DNA from: Mobula hypostoma
Lineage: Eukaryota
DNA length: 64,000 nucleotides
Direction: 5' to 3'
Assembly: GCF_963921235.1 (NCBI RefSeq)
Contig: NC_086124.1
Coordinates: 15,872,001 to 15,936,000 of the forward strand
Below, in pieces: positions 35,752 to 49,173 of the stretch; the first letter of the stretch is position 1, and each line of letters begins with the position of its first letter. The notes beneath the pieces are model-generated. The model was not told the DNA's origin. It made no database searches and saw only the letters and a program-made list of their open reading frames with translations. A program made the translations under genes and the position numbers.

Positions 35752-36855
35752 TGTCACGTTCCGGTCCGTGAACTCTGCGTTCCAGTTCACGGTCTGGTCC
35801 ATTGATCCTCATTCCAGGTTTTCCGGTTTTCCCTTGTTCTGTTGGGGTGCCTCTATTGAGGCACATGATTCTTATTTTGGGCTGATACATAAATAGTTGC
35901 TGGGTTCAGCTTGAGTAGCTGGACTGTTTCCCTCCTTCTGTAGCTCTTGGCTAAAGTCTCACCTGCTACCTTTCACCTGAAGCCTTGCCTGCGTCCTTGC
36001 CTATTCTTGCTGTGAAGTTCTACTGCTGGAGCAAGACAGGAGCCTTGTTGTGTTTAGATAAGGAACTGTCTTTCATTGTTTGGAACTGTCTCTTTGTGTC
36101 CCTGCCTTCGCTAAGTAGGTCTGGCCATTTGCTGCTACCTCGAGTTTGAACTGTCTCCGTGTCCACTCCTTCACTAGGTAGGTCTGGCTGTTTGCTGCTA
36201 CATAGTGTTGGGAACCGTCTCTGTGTCCACACCTTCGCTAGGTAGGTCTGGCTGTTTGCTGCTACCTTGTGCTGGGAACTGTCTTGTCGTGTTCAGCATT
36301 CTGTGTATAAGTCTTGGCCCTACGTCCTGTTCCCAAGGAGGAGTCCCAGCTCTGTGTTCCGTGTATGAGTCCCGGCTGTATGTCCTGTTCCCAAGGAGGG
36401 GTCCTGGCTCTGTGTTCCGCGTTCCTGTCTCCCAAGACCAAGGCTCTCTGTTCCGCGTTCCTGTCTCCGAAGACCAAGACTGAGCTTCGTTTCCTCATCC
36501 TGCCCAGAAGTCCTGCGTCCTGCCACCACGTCCAGTCCTGTTGCCTTGCCACGTCTTGTCCTCGCCTAGATCCGGAGTCCGAGCTCGAGTCAACACCCAG
36601 GTTCTGGGTCCCTGGCCAGTCTCTGGCTCGGAGTCCTTGTCCAGGTTCCAAGTTCCGAGTTCCTCGTCCAGGTGCTGCTTTCCTAGTCTAGTCCTAGCCC
36701 AGGCCCTGTATCCTAGCCTTGTTCAGGGCCTGTGTCTTTTCCAGCATCGTTTCTTCCCCACTTCCCTTGCTTTCTTGACACACCTAGTCCTGTTCCTTGT
36801 ACTTCAGTGTCTGTGTCTTCCATTTGGGTCTGCCATCAACGCCCACCTTATAACA
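35752..36855 (+). mobile_element. Solo LTR, family A (1104 bp), 5-bp TSD CTTAG, inserted in a CR1 fragment
   Basis: TGTCAC...ATAACA termini; CTTAG at 35747-35751 and 36856-36860; CR1 sequence continues across it. Confidence 0.85.
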
Positions 36856-37239
36856 CTTAGGGCATGAAACTACAATGTTGTAGCCATTACTGAAACTTGG
36901 TTGAGAGAGAGGCAGGTTTTTGAAGTTTTAGAAAAGATCGATATGCCTACCTTTTTATTTCCAACATGGATCAGTTAATGTTGCACCTTGGATCATTTTC
37001 AATCTTGTCAAAATCATAAATTAGTTAGATTTGTAGCACAGTTTATTTGATCTTATTTCCTTAAACAAGAGATTGGGTGGCTGCAGTGTCAGGCCTCTCC
37101 TGTGTTCAGTGATTTGTTACTTATATGAAATTCATGTTGTGATAATCCCACTGTTTAAATTATAATATTACAATTCATGTATTTATCTTGCAACTTGTAA
37201 TTAATCGAGTGCTTTGTTCTTGCAATATGTACCACTGAG

Positions 37240-37920
37240 GGATCCTCAGTGGCCAGTATCCTGACTGGTTGGACGATGGCCTAGTCTGGAAACACCAATG
37301 CCCAAGACTAGAGAAGATGACAAAAAGTGGTGGATACAGCCCAGTTCATGTCAGGCAAAGCTCTCCTCATCATTGAGCACTGTTACAAGGAGTTCTACCT
37401 CTTCAAGAACATCTGTCATCAATGCCATATTGTCTTCTCACTGCTGCCATTGGGAAGGAGATACAGGAGCTTTAGGTCCCACACCACCAGGTTCAGCAAG
37501 AGTTGTTACCCTACACCATTCATGCTCTTGAAACTGCAGAGATAACTTCACTGAACTGATTCCAGAATCGACAGACTCGCTTTCAAGTTCTCTACAACTT
37601 ATGTTCTCAGTATTATTTGTTTATATAATTTGCACGATTTGTCTTTTTTTGCATATTGGTTGTCAATTTGATTTATTTGTTTATTTATTATTATCTTATT
37701 TTATTTATTATCATTATTTTTTTCTCTCTCTGCTAGATTATGTATGGCATTGAACTGCTGCTGCTAAGTTAACAAATTTCACGTCACATGCCGTGATAAT
37801 AAACCTGATTCTGATTCTGTGCCATTTATAGATTTCATAAATTCTATTGCATTTATTTTCCTGTAAGTGCCCACAAGAAAATTAATCTCAAGGTAGCATA
37901 TGGTTTGATAATAAATTTGC
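37240..37920 (+). mobile_element. Rex1/Babar-like 3' fragment
   Basis: VDTAQFMSGKAL..FSLLPLGRRYRSF..TTRFSKSCYP and tttgataataaattt tail. Confidence 0.7.
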
Positions 37921-37924
37921 ATAG

Positions 37925-38154
37925 ACTATGACAAATGTTCTTTAGTGACGCTCTTTGTTTTCATGAAGGGTTCGGTGATTTATTTATAATGTTCACAAAG
38001 TTCCTAGCGGTTCCTCTGATTGACAGCTCCAGCTTTCCCTCTGGCCGGGCTGTAACCCCACCGTCACGTGACACCCTGTGATTGCCGACCCTTGGCGCGT
38101 TGACGTCACAGAGTGGGCTCTTCACTGACGTCGTTTCCCCGGCAACGGACCGGC
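37925..38154 (+). promoter_or_regulatory. Promoter-like module, copy 2 (inverted relative to copy 1)
   Basis: TGATTGACAG 38017-38026, GTCACGTGAC 38063-38072, TGACGTCA 38101-38108, TGACGTCG 38126-38133, GTTTCCCCGGCAAC 38133-38146. Confidence 0.65.
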
Positions 38155-38399
38155 AGATCCGGGCGGCAAGTACAAAACCAGTGGGCAGGCGGATGGGGAT
38201 TTAAGCTTTCAATAGCTAAAACTCAAATTATGTTTCACAAGAAGAATTAATAGAAATCCTTGAATCAGTCTTAAAACAGGTCATTCTAGCACTTGAATGG
38301 AAATTATATAGCAGGTACTTGAAGAAGTGTCGGCGGTAATATTTCCAGGCATGTGGATGGATAATAATCGGATATAGAAGCATCATATCAGCAAAATAA

Positions 38400-40030
38400 T
38401 TGGTAAATATTTAATATTCTCAGGTGTCTATGTGGATATTCTGGGGGTACTACACGAAAATATTTATTGGCAATTTATCTTTGTTTAATTAGATTTCTTG
38501 TTTACGACTGTGTGGCTTCTGGTCAGCTTTTAGGTTATGAGGACATTCACTCCTCGTTTATTGTCATTTAGAAATGCATGCTTTAAGAAATGATGCAACG
38601 TTCCTCCAGTATGATATCACAGAAACGTCATCGTCAACTTTAAGAAGGTTTGGATGTGATACAAGCAAAGGGTTTGAGATTGTGTTGTGGTGCAGTAAGG
38701 TAGCCCCCTGTTCCGGCTTTACAGGTTGAAATGGAACAATTGCCCTTACAATTTCAGAGGTTGAAGTTGATATTAACACACTGGATTAATTTGTCTGGGC
38801 AGTGGAATGATCACCCTGTTAAGATGTAGTGGAAACTGTTAGGAACATCAGAAGAAGTGCTTTTAGTTTTGGGTAGTTGGGTTCTTATCACGCCAGGAAT
38901 ATGGGTTTGTTGGATTACACAGTATGTCCTGTAGCTTTCTTGGTAACCCCACCTTGCTTTTTTCCAGTGACTTTAGTTGATTTTAGATTACATGTTTTAA
39001 TAAATTCCAAGGATTCTGTTATGCCCGAGAGTCTGTTGGTTCATCAATATATTAAGAAAAATTATTATGATATGTTAACAATTTTTACCAAAGGATCAGA
39101 AGATAATTTAACTGGGAATGTTTGTGTGGCTGTTATTGTACCTGAATTCCAGGTAGCGTTAACAAAAAACAACTTATTAACCATTTATCGGTATATACCG
39201 TTGAACTGGTTGCCATCATCTGCGGCTTACAGTGGGTGGAGGAAATTTGTCCGTGTAAAGTTGTAATTCGTTCAGCTTCCTTTTCAGTTTTGATGAGTCT
39301 TAAAACAGGTCATTCTAGCAGTAGGTCAGATTTACTGTTGGAAGCTCATCAAACATTGTTTCGCCTACAAAGTATTGGTATATATGTTGGCTTCATATGG
39401 ATCCCAACATATAGAGGTGTTGAGGAGAATGAGTGGGTTGATAGTTTAGCTGAGAAATCTGTTAAACTTTCAGCAGTGGATATAAAACTCCCACTTATCA
39501 AATCAGAAGGGGTTGGTAGGATTAAGAATTAGGGAGTTATGTCAAGACTTGTGGGATATTGGGCATAAGTGGAGACACCTTTACAGAATACATAATACTA
39601 TGGGGGAAGAGGGTAAAACACGAAGGGAAGGGATTATTTTGACTTAGAATTGGGCATTCTATGCTTAATTATTCCTCATATCTTGTTGGAAAACATCACT
39701 CTGGGGTGTGTAGGTTCTGTCATCATTATGAAACAGTTGAACATTCTATTCCAGTGTGAAGCATATAAGGTTGAAAGAAATCAAATGCAGACTTCATTAC
39801 AATCTTTGGAGTTCATAGTTTTCATGTAAATGTTGTTAAGTTATGGGAGTGACTTTAATTCTCGATATCATCTTTCGTTACTTAGAATCTATCTTTTGGT
39901 GGTAATTTAGCTTTCATTTGAAAGAGAAGTTGTAGGAGTTTTGTTTCCATAACTTTCTACACCGCAGTCCAGTCCAGTTGGTGACAGTAATGCACCTTAA
40001 AGTTGGACTGCCAACCAACATAAAAGGTCA
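38400..40030 (+). mobile_element. Nimb/I-clade LINE 3' part with RNase H
   Basis: IFTKGSED (DGS-like) and FIWIPTYRGVEENEWVDSLA motifs; 3' end as at 6770-6842. Confidence 0.75.
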
Positions 40031-40309
40031 GAAGGTGAAGTGGGGTCATTCTGTACTTGCTGCATTTCGACGCCACTGTGAGCATCAGCCTCTTCACATC
40101 CTGCCTGCCGCCCCGGGGACAATGAGTATCTGTCAGTTCCTTACTGCCCCGGCTCCCTGCCTCATGTTTCCCATTCTCATCCTCGGGCTCACATCCCTCC
40201 TTGGTCCTCACCCATCACTCTCTCTGTAACCTCCCCCCATCCTGATAAACTCTCACAGATCTGCTCTCATCCCTCCGTGGCCCTCCTGCATCTACACATC
40301 TGCTTCCTT

Positions 40310-42960
40310 TTCAGATTGGAGACCTGTGACCAGTGGTGTGCTACAGGGATTGGTGCCTGTACCCCTGTTCTTTGTCATGTACATTAATGATCTGGATGTG
40401 AATGTCGATAAATCAATTCACTGATGGTTGCAAAGCTGGTAGTAAGGTACAACAGGATGTGGATAAGCTAGATGGAATTTAACTCAGAAATTCAAAATGT
40501 TGCACTTCTGCAAGTTAAACGAGGATGGGACTTAGGCAGAAAGTGGCAGAACCCAGGGAGTGTTGTAGAACAGCCAGATCTTGGAGTACATGGTTTATTC
40601 AAAATGATGATAGTGTTGACCGGGTGGTGAAGAAGTCCGGTGTCATAATGCTTCATCAGGGAACTGAGTACAAGAGTTGGGGTGCATTATTACAAGTGTA
40701 CAATATATTGATGAGACTGGAGTTGAATTGTTGCCAAACAATGGAAAGGAAATGATTCATTTGGAGGGGATGCAGGAAAAATTCACACTGATGTGACTGG
40801 GACTGAGCTCAAAGGAGAGGCTGAAAATACTGGGTCTGTTTTACCCAGAATGTGGAAAGCTGAGCATTGAGCTTATGTAGAGAATGTTGTCCCTCGTCCC
40901 CCTGTTTTAAATCTTTCCCCACTCTCAAATCTATGCCCTCAAGTTTTAGATTCCTCTGTGCTTGGGAAAGTCTGTGTCCATTCACACTGTTTATGCTCCT
41001 CATGATTTTATGCTCTCTTTAATTTTACCCCTCATCCTCCTAAGCTCCAGGGGAAAAAAAGACAAACCTATGCAGTCTCTACGTATAACTCAATCCCTCC
41101 TCTCCCATGATATCATGGTGAATCACCTCTACAGTGCAATCACATCCTTCCTATACTGTGGCCCGATTCATCTTTTAAAAGTCCTTCCAACACTTCCGTT
41201 CTGAACCCCAGCTAATGAAGACTGGCATTCTTCACTCTATCTATCTGTTTCTGCCACCTTCAGGGATCTTTGTATCCGTACATCAAGATCCCTCTATTTC
41301 TCAGTACTCCCTCAGACCCCACCATTTATGGAATGTCCTACCCTTATTTAACTGAAGATAAGTGTTGTCTCACAACTATCAAGATTAAATTCTGTGTGGC
41401 CATTCAGCACCCCAAAGTCTCCACTGTTGTCACCCACAATAGCCTGAGATATATCTAATCAGGCACTGGGGATTTATCCACCTTTAACCCTGCTAAGACA
41501 TTTAATATCGCCTCCTTTGTTAATCTTCACCTGCTCTGGAATTTCACTGCACCAATTGAAATCTCCAAACGCAATACCTTTCTCTTGGTGAATATAGCAG
41601 GGAGCTAGTCATTTCAGACCCTGTCCACTTCCTCTGGTCCCGTACACAGGGTGCCACTTTGCTCCACAACAGGCCCCACTCATTCCCTGGTTACCTATTG
41701 TTCTGAGTAACCTTAAAGCACTCGTTAATATGCATATATTATTAACACTTGTTGAGCATACCCTTAAATTTTCCTTCCACTGGTAATTTGTGATTTGTCT
41801 TTGCCCTTCTAATTTCTCCTTTCAAACTCTCCACACACTCTCTCCATGATCAATCTTTTTCTCTTACATTAGGAGAGTTTTGGACTCCCCTAAACTTTTT
41901 GCCCCTTTCCAGCTTAATGACATTCTTCCTATAAATGGGTGAGTAGATCCACACAAAATATATTGTGGTCTCACCACTAACTTGTATAGTGACAACATGA
42001 AGTCCAAACTTCTGAACTCCAAGCCACAACTGATAAAGGCCATGCGCCAAATGTCTTCCTCACCACCCTGTCTCCACTTTCAGAAAACTATTTACTTGTC
42101 CTCCTTGGTCTATCTGTTCTCCAACTCTCTCGAGTACCCTACTCATTGCCACAGATACACTTGTGTGTGCCCCTGGCTGAAGAGTTTTCTGTCTCTGTTG
42201 ATCACCAAGAACACAGAACAGTACAGCTCAGGAACAGGTCCTGCTTCCCACGATGACTGTGCTGAACACAATGCCAAATGCAACTGAATCTCTTCTGCCT
42301 GCATGTCATTCATATCCTTTCATTTCCTGTCTAAAAGCCTCTTATCATATCTACTTCCACCACTCTACATAGCAGCCCACATCAGACCCCACGACTGTAA
42401 ATAAAACAAAACTATTACTTGCACTGCCACCACCTTTAAACTCTCACCCTGTCATCTGAACGTTATGTTTCCTTGTATTAGACATCTCCACCCTGGGAAA
42501 ATGATTCTGACTCTCTACCTTATGCACACTCTCATAGTTCTATAAACTTCTGTCAGGTCTCCCCTTAGCCTCCTTCACTCCGGGTAAAACGGTCCCAGCC
42601 CATCGAATCTTTCCTTGCAACTCAATCCATCCAGTCCAACCAACTTTCCTGTGAATCTTTTCTGCACCTTTCCAGCTTAATCACATCCTTCCTGTAGTGT
42701 GGTGACCAGAACTGCACAGGGTGCTCTGGATGTGGCCCAACGAATGATTTGTACAACTGTAATGTGATGTGTCCGAACTCCTCTCAGTGCCTTTACCGAT
42801 GAAGGTAAGCATGCCATGCACCTTCTTCTCGACGTTATCTACCTGTGTTGCCAATTATGTACCTGTGTCCAAAGGTCTCAGTTCATTCACACTCCCCAGG
42901 ACTCTGCCATTCACTGTGTATGTCCTGGCCTGCTTTAACTGGCCAACATCCATCACTGTA
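40310..42960. mobile_element. Mosaic of old CR1 fragments
   Basis: accagtggtgtgctacagggattggtgc RT motif (+) and repeated minus-strand CR1 3' remnants. Confidence 0.55.
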
Positions 42961-42964
42961 ACAG

Positions 42965-43700
42965 TGATTCAAGATTCTAGCCTGTTCATTGTCATTATTC
43001 CGTACATGACTGTAAAGTAGAACGAAATGATTGTTACTCCAGATCTGATGCAGCATTAAAAAAAAACACAATCAACATCAAGAACACAATTAAAAAATCT
43101 ATAAATGTAGAAGTAACTGTAAGACAATGTAACTGTATTATACATTGACTGTGCTCTGTTCATAAAGTGACGCTTGGTGATGTGTATGTCGTGGTAGTGT
43201 GTGGGTTAAGGGGTGAAGGTGTTGATCAGCCTCATGGCTTGGGGGATGTAACTGTTTTTGAGTCTAGTGGTCCTGGTGTGGATGCTGCGTAGCATTTTCC
43301 GGATGGGATTGGGACAAACAGTCTATAAGCAGTGTGGGTAGATTATTCATGATATTGCTGGCCTTTATCTGTCACCTTTCTGTATATATACAGTATGTCC
43401 TTGATGATGGGTAGAATGGTACCGGTGATGTGTTGGGTAGTTTTCACTTCCCATTGTCCAGTTCTCCTGTGCATTGCAGTGCAGTATCTGCACCACACAA
43501 TGATACAGCATGTTAGGATGCTCTCTACTGCACGCCTGTTGAAGGTTCTGAGTATTGATGTGCATAGATCAGTACTCCTGGGCCTCCTCAGAAAGTAGAG
43601 GAATTGGTGAGCTTTGCTGTCTGTGGAGATGTGCACTGGGACCATGAGAGGTTGTGTGTGATGTGCACTCCCAGGAGTTTAAAACTGCTCACTCACTTCA
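42965..43700 (-). mobile_element. Rex1/Babar 3' fragment
   Basis: KAHQFLYFLRR..TFNRRAVESILTCCIIVW. Confidence 0.75.
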
Positions 43701-44354
43701 GTATTTGTCTGTACCAACCAGCCAGCAATGAATGTCAATGCACCGTTCACTTTCCAAACATCACACAGCTCCAGTCTGCTGTTTTGTTGTGCAGGACAAC
43801 ACCTGGATCCCTCTCTAATTCCCTCATTCACAATTTCCTTTTACATAAATAATAGCCTGCATGTCGATTCCTCCTACCACTGTATGTGCCATCACACTTT
43901 ACCACATAAAGCTCCATTCAGCAAGTTTTCACCCACTTTGTATCCGATTGTAGAGACCTCGGACACTTCCCATCCTCCCTGCCTGAAAAAGGACTGTTTA
44001 TTCTGTTTACATCTTCTGTCTTCTATGTGATAACCAGTCTTCATTCCATATTAACACACTTACCTCAGCACGATGCGCTCTGGTCTTGTGCACCAACCTT
44101 TTTCGTAGCATCTTGAAAATCCAAACACACGACTTCTTCAGCTTCCCCTGTAAAGTCTTGAAGATCTCTGGCACATTTGACAAACGTACCGGACGAACCT
44201 TTCACCAAACCAGCTGACTGGTTCTCAAACCAGGTCGCAGGAGGACAGGGTGGTGAAGGAGGTCTTTGGAATGCTGGCTGTCATTGGTCAGGATGCCGAG
44301 TATAAAGTTGGGATGTAATGTTACGGTTGTGCAACATGTTACTGTGGCCACATT

Positions 44355-45580
44355 TCAAGATTCAAGCTTGTTTAATATCATTTCCAGTACACAAGCGTTG
44401 GGGAAAACAAAATCATTGTTACTCCAGATCCGATGCAGCAAAAAATGCAATAATGAAAAAAATCAAATATAAATACACAAATAGTTTATAAACACAGATT
44501 GATTGTATGTCCATAAAGTGGTGCTAGACACAGGAGTGTCTGTACATAAGTAGATGACAGGAAATGATAAAATAGTGGTGGTAGTCGGGGTGAGCAAGGG
44601 TGGGCTAGTGGGTGGATGTGTTGATCAGTCTTACTGCTTCGGGAAAGTAACTGTTTGTGAGCCTGGTGATTGTGGCATATTTGCTAGGTAGCCTCATCCC
44701 TGATGGAAGTGAGACAAAAAGTCCATGAGCAGAGTGACTGGTATCCTTCATGATATTGCTGGTCTTTTTCTGGCACCTTTCTGTATATATGTACTTGAGG
44801 CTGGGTAGACTGGTACAGGTGATATTTTGAGCAGGTTTGAATACCCATTGCAGTGCTTTCCTGTCTGCCGCAGTGCAGTTTACCTATTATGCAGGTTAGG
44901 ATGCTCTCTAATACACATCTGTAGAAAGTCGCGAGCATTGGTGTGCATAGTCCAACTTTTTTCAGCCTCCTCAGAAGGTAGAGTTGTTGGCGAGCTTTCC
45001 TGATTGTGTCGGATGTGTTCTTTGACCATGAGAGTTTGGGCAAGATGTGCACTCCCAGGAGTTTGAAACTGCTTGCAGTTTCTACTATTCTGCGGCCGAT
45101 GTAAGAAACAGTGTGAGTGGTGTGACTTCTGAAGTCGCTAACCATCTCCTTTGTCTTATTGACATTGAGGAACAAGTTATTTGCCTGGTAGCAGGCCTTC
45201 AGCTCTTCCACCTCCTCCCTGTAGACTGTCTCATCATAGTTGGTAATGAGCCCCTCCTCTGTCGTGTCATCAGCAATCTTGACAATGTGATACCTTGTGT
45301 GTTTGGCCATGCAGTCTTGTGAGCAGAGTGTACAGCAATGGGCTCAGCACACAGCCTGGGGGTGGGAGGGGGGTCACATGTGTTGAGGATGATGGGAGAC
45401 GAGGGCAGTTGTGCGTTCTGATGATCTGAGGTCTGTGGTTAGGTAGTCCAACACCTAAATGCATAGTGGTATATTTAAACCTAAGATTAAGAGTTTATTC
45501 ACCAAGTCTGAGGAACAATAATGTTGAATACCGAACTGAAATCAGAAACAGCATTCTCACATAAGTGCCCTTGTGTTTGA
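44355..45580 (-). mobile_element. Rex1/Babar RT C-terminal fragment
   Basis: ORF 44684-45310: VKIADDTT..LNVNKTKEM..FKLLGVHI..KARQQLYLLRRL..FYRCVLESILT. Confidence 0.85.
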
Positions 45581-45609
45581 AATATGGTAATATAAGTATT
45601 TGGAATATG

Positions 45610-45783
45610 GTAACACATGCAAAATGCTGGAGGAACTCAGCAGGCCAGGCAGCATCTATGGAAAAGAGAACAGTCAACGTTTCGGGCTGAGACCCTTCAG
45701 CTGGACTTGCCTGCTGCGTTCCTCCAGCATTTTGTGTGTGTTGCTTGAATTTCTAGCATCTGCAGATTTTCTCTTGTTTGTGC
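45610..45783. mobile_element. Fold-back mini-PLE with degenerate hammerhead, 11-bp TSD
   Basis: Inverted tail arms around a hammerhead remnant (45671-45707); TTTGGAATATG at 45599-45609 and 45784-45794. Confidence 0.8.
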
Positions 45784-47212
45784 TTTGGAATATGCCGTTA
45801 AGTTCGGGTTACCCTGCTGGAAGACAGGGACCATTAAGCTGGAAAGAGCGCAGACGGGATTTGCGGATATTGCTGGATCTTGAACGACATTTACAGAGAG
45901 AGTTTCAGCAGCTTTGGACAATTTTCATGGGAGTATCAGAGAATGTGTGGTGATATTATAGAGGTGCATAATATTATGAGGGGCCTAGATAGGGTCAGAA
46001 AACATGGTCTTTTTGCCAGGGTTGGGGAATCAAGAATTGGCGGGCATTGGTTTAACATGAGAAGGGAGAGATTTAACTGGAACCTGAAGGGCAATTTTTC
46101 TACACAGAGGGTGGACAATGTGTGGAATAATCTGCGAGTGGAACTGGTTGAGGCATGTATACTAATGATGCTAAAAAGGTATTTCGACAGGTAGATGAAA
46201 TGAAAAGGATTTGAGCAATATGAGCCTGGGGGTGGGTCAGGCTCACATGGGAACCTTGGTCGGCTCGATCATTTGAACCATTAACTCGGGTTGATGACAT
46301 TAAACTATTCTAAATGACTTGCTATTTCTTCATCGATCACATATTCCAGTACATTGCCAGTAACAGATGAGAAGTTAACAGGACTTCAGTTACCTACTCT
46401 TTGTCTTCCACTCTCAAGTGGAGTCACATTTCAGGTTTTCCAACCCACTGGGACCTTCCTGAAGCACAATGAATTTTGACAATCTTCAAATAATGTCTCC
46501 ACTTTCTCTCCAAACCCTAGGTTGCAGGTCATTTGGACATTGCGATGTTTGTTTTAGATTTTCCCTTGAAATAGTGATTATTGCCTAGTGTTGACACGTC
46601 ACTTCCGAGATATCTATGGCAAGTTTGCTGTGTCCGTACCATGAACACTGATCAAATTATTGAGTTAACTTATCTGCTTTTCTTGGTTAATTTATTTTTT
46701 TTGTCTCTTCTCACTGCTTCTTGAAATATTCTCTATACTGTGGCCTACTACCAGCCCTTACCTCTTTATGTACTCTTTGATTCTATATTTACCTTGATGA
46801 TTTTCATTGACCACAGATGGTTCACCTTTCTGTCTAATTGGATCCCTCTGGCTAATTGGAGTCAATGTCTTCTGAGCATTATCAACCAGCTCTTTAAACG
46901 ACTGCACTGCTCATCTACTGATCTGTCCCTGAGTCTACTTACCTTATTCACCCCAGGCAACTCCACCGTCATACCCGTGTAGCTGCCCTTATTTAGGTGG
47001 AGGATATCGGTTTGGACGCAGGTATTTGTTCTTAAATTGTGTCTGGAATTCTCCGAAGTTGTGATCATTTTTTCCTCGGGGATCCTTCACCACAATCTTT
47101 CTTATTATTCTGACTTCATTACACAGAACTACATATGAAATAGCCTGTTCCTGGGTGGGTTCTGTAACATACTGCTGTAAAGAACCTTCCCTAACCACTG
47201 CATGAATTCCTC

Positions 47213-48557
47213 CCTCCCCTTTCTAGATCTTTCTGTCTCTGTCTCTGGAGACAGCTTATCCACTGATGTCTACTATAAGCCTACTGACTCTCACAGCTAT
47301 CTGGACTATTCCTCTTCTCACCCTGTCTCTTGCAAAAACGTCATCCCCTTCTCGCAATTCCTCCATCTCCGCCGCATCTGCTCTCAGGATGAGGCTTTTC
47401 ATTCTAGGACGAGGGAGATGTCTTCATTTTTTAAAGAAAGGGGCTTCCCTTCCTCCACTATCAACTCTGCTCTTAAACGCATCTCCCCCATTTCACGTAC
47501 ATCTGCTCTCACTCCATCCTCCCACCACCCCACTAGGAATAGGGTTCCCCTGGTCCTCACCTACCACCCCACCAGCCTCCGGGTCCAACATATTATTCTC
47601 CATAACTTCCGCCACCTCCAACGGGATCCCACCACTAAGCACATCTTTCCCTCCCCCCCTCTATCTGCATTCCGCAGGGATCGCTCCCTACACAACTCCC
47701 TTGTCCATTCGTCCCCCCCATCCCTCCCCACTGATCTCCCTCCTGGCACTTATCCGTGTAAGCGGAGCAAGTGCTACACATGCCCTTACACTTCCTCCCT
47801 TACCACCATTCAGGGCCCCAAACAGTCCTTCCAGGTGAGGCATCACTTCACCTGTGAGTCGACTGGGGTGATATACTGCGTCCGGTGCTCCCGATGTGGC
47901 CTTTTATATATTGGTGAGACCCGACGCAGACTGGGAGACCGCTTTGCTGAACATCTACGCTCTGTCCGCCAGAGAAAACAGGATCTCCCAGTGGCCACAC
48001 ATTTTAATTCCACATCCCATTCCCATTCTGACATGTCTATCCACGGCCTCCTCTACTGTAAAGATGAAGCCACACTCAGGTTGGAGGAACAACACCTTAT
48101 ATTCCGTCTGGGTAGCCTCCAACCTGATGGCATGAACATTGACTTCTCTAACTTCCGCTAAGGCCCCACCTCCCCCTCGTACCCCATCTGTTACTCATTT
48201 TTATGCACACATTCTTTCTCTCACTCTCCTTTTTCTCCCTCTGTCCCTCTGAATATACCTCTTGCCCATCCTCTGGGTCACCCCCCCCCCTTGTCTTTCT
48301 TCCCGGACCTCCTGTCCCATGATCCTCTCGTATCCCCTTTTGCCTATCACCTGTCCAGCTCTCGGCTCTATCCCTCCCCCTCCTGTCTTCTCCTATCATT
48401 TTGCATCTCCCCCTCCCCCTCCAGCTTTCAAATCCCTTACTCACTCTTCCTTCAGTTAGTCCTGACGAAGGGTCTCGGCCTGAAACATCGACTGCGCCTC
48501 TTCCTATAGATGCTGCTTGGCCTGCTGCGTTCACCAGCAACTTTGATGTATGTTGCT
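47213..48557 (+). mobile_element. Young PLE, 5'-truncated, inserted in a CR1 with 10-bp TSD
   Basis: Uninterrupted 319-aa frame (RT thumb, CKRSKCYTC, GVIYCVRCSRCGLLYIGET); TGAATTCCTC at 47203-47212 and 48558-48567. Confidence 0.93.
48453..48494 (+). ncRNA. Minimal type I hammerhead motif (ATC cleavage triplet)
   Basis: AGTC-CTGACGA-A-GGG(TCTCGG)CCT-GAAA-C-ATC-GACT. Confidence 0.7.
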
Positions 48558-48903
48558 TGAATTCCTCTTCCTTGTACCTTGCCAATTTAATTAGATTCAT
48601 CAATATACAAATCAAAATCAAGTTGCAACATCACTGTTGACATATTGTCTTCACTGTCATCCTTACTTGAGTCACTGGTGGCCACGGTACGAGTCCCTGT
48701 TATGTCTATCCTGCAGTTCTTTGGATTTCACATGGTGTCGCTGTCTCAGAGAATTGTCCGATGTAGGCTGTAATTCCACAGAATTCAGATAGTGTCACTG
48801 TTTCCAGAGACGGTTTGATGTAATTCTATGGAGTTCCCACAGTGGCAGTATACAGGGGGACTATTAGTTTCCCAGGGCGGAGCTTGAGAAGTACGTCGAA
48901 TAT

Positions 48904-49023
48904 GAGAAAATCTGCAGACGTGGGTCCTGGTGAAGGGTCTCGGCCCGAAACATTGACTGTTTACTCTTTCCCATAGATGCAGTCTGGCCTACTGAGTTCC
49001 TCCAGCATTTTGTGGGTGTTGCT
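48904..49023 (+). mobile_element. Mini-PLE terminal fragment with hammerhead remnant
   Basis: Short inverted arm gagaaaatctgcagacg joined to gtcctggtgaagggtctcggcccgaaacattgactg and tail. Confidence 0.7.
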
Positions 49024-49173
49024 TTAAAAAGTAGATGCTGCCCTGGGTGGAGCACCAGCAGTGGCGTTCTGGCAGCGTCACAAGCAGGATTGCCCACTTG
49101 AAGTCACGCCTGCACTTTTAAACCTTATTTCCATTTGTTTCTGAGCGCCAAGCAATACACATTGATTGAATTT

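Noticed and set aside
47202-48161. Domesticated GIY-YIG gene
   Set aside because: The ATG comes from the CR1 target site and the RT catalytic core is missing; the open frame reflects a young insertion.
48680-48900. Weak ~55-bp periodicity and GC box suggesting a promoter
   Set aside because: Too degenerate, with no supporting motifs or exon.
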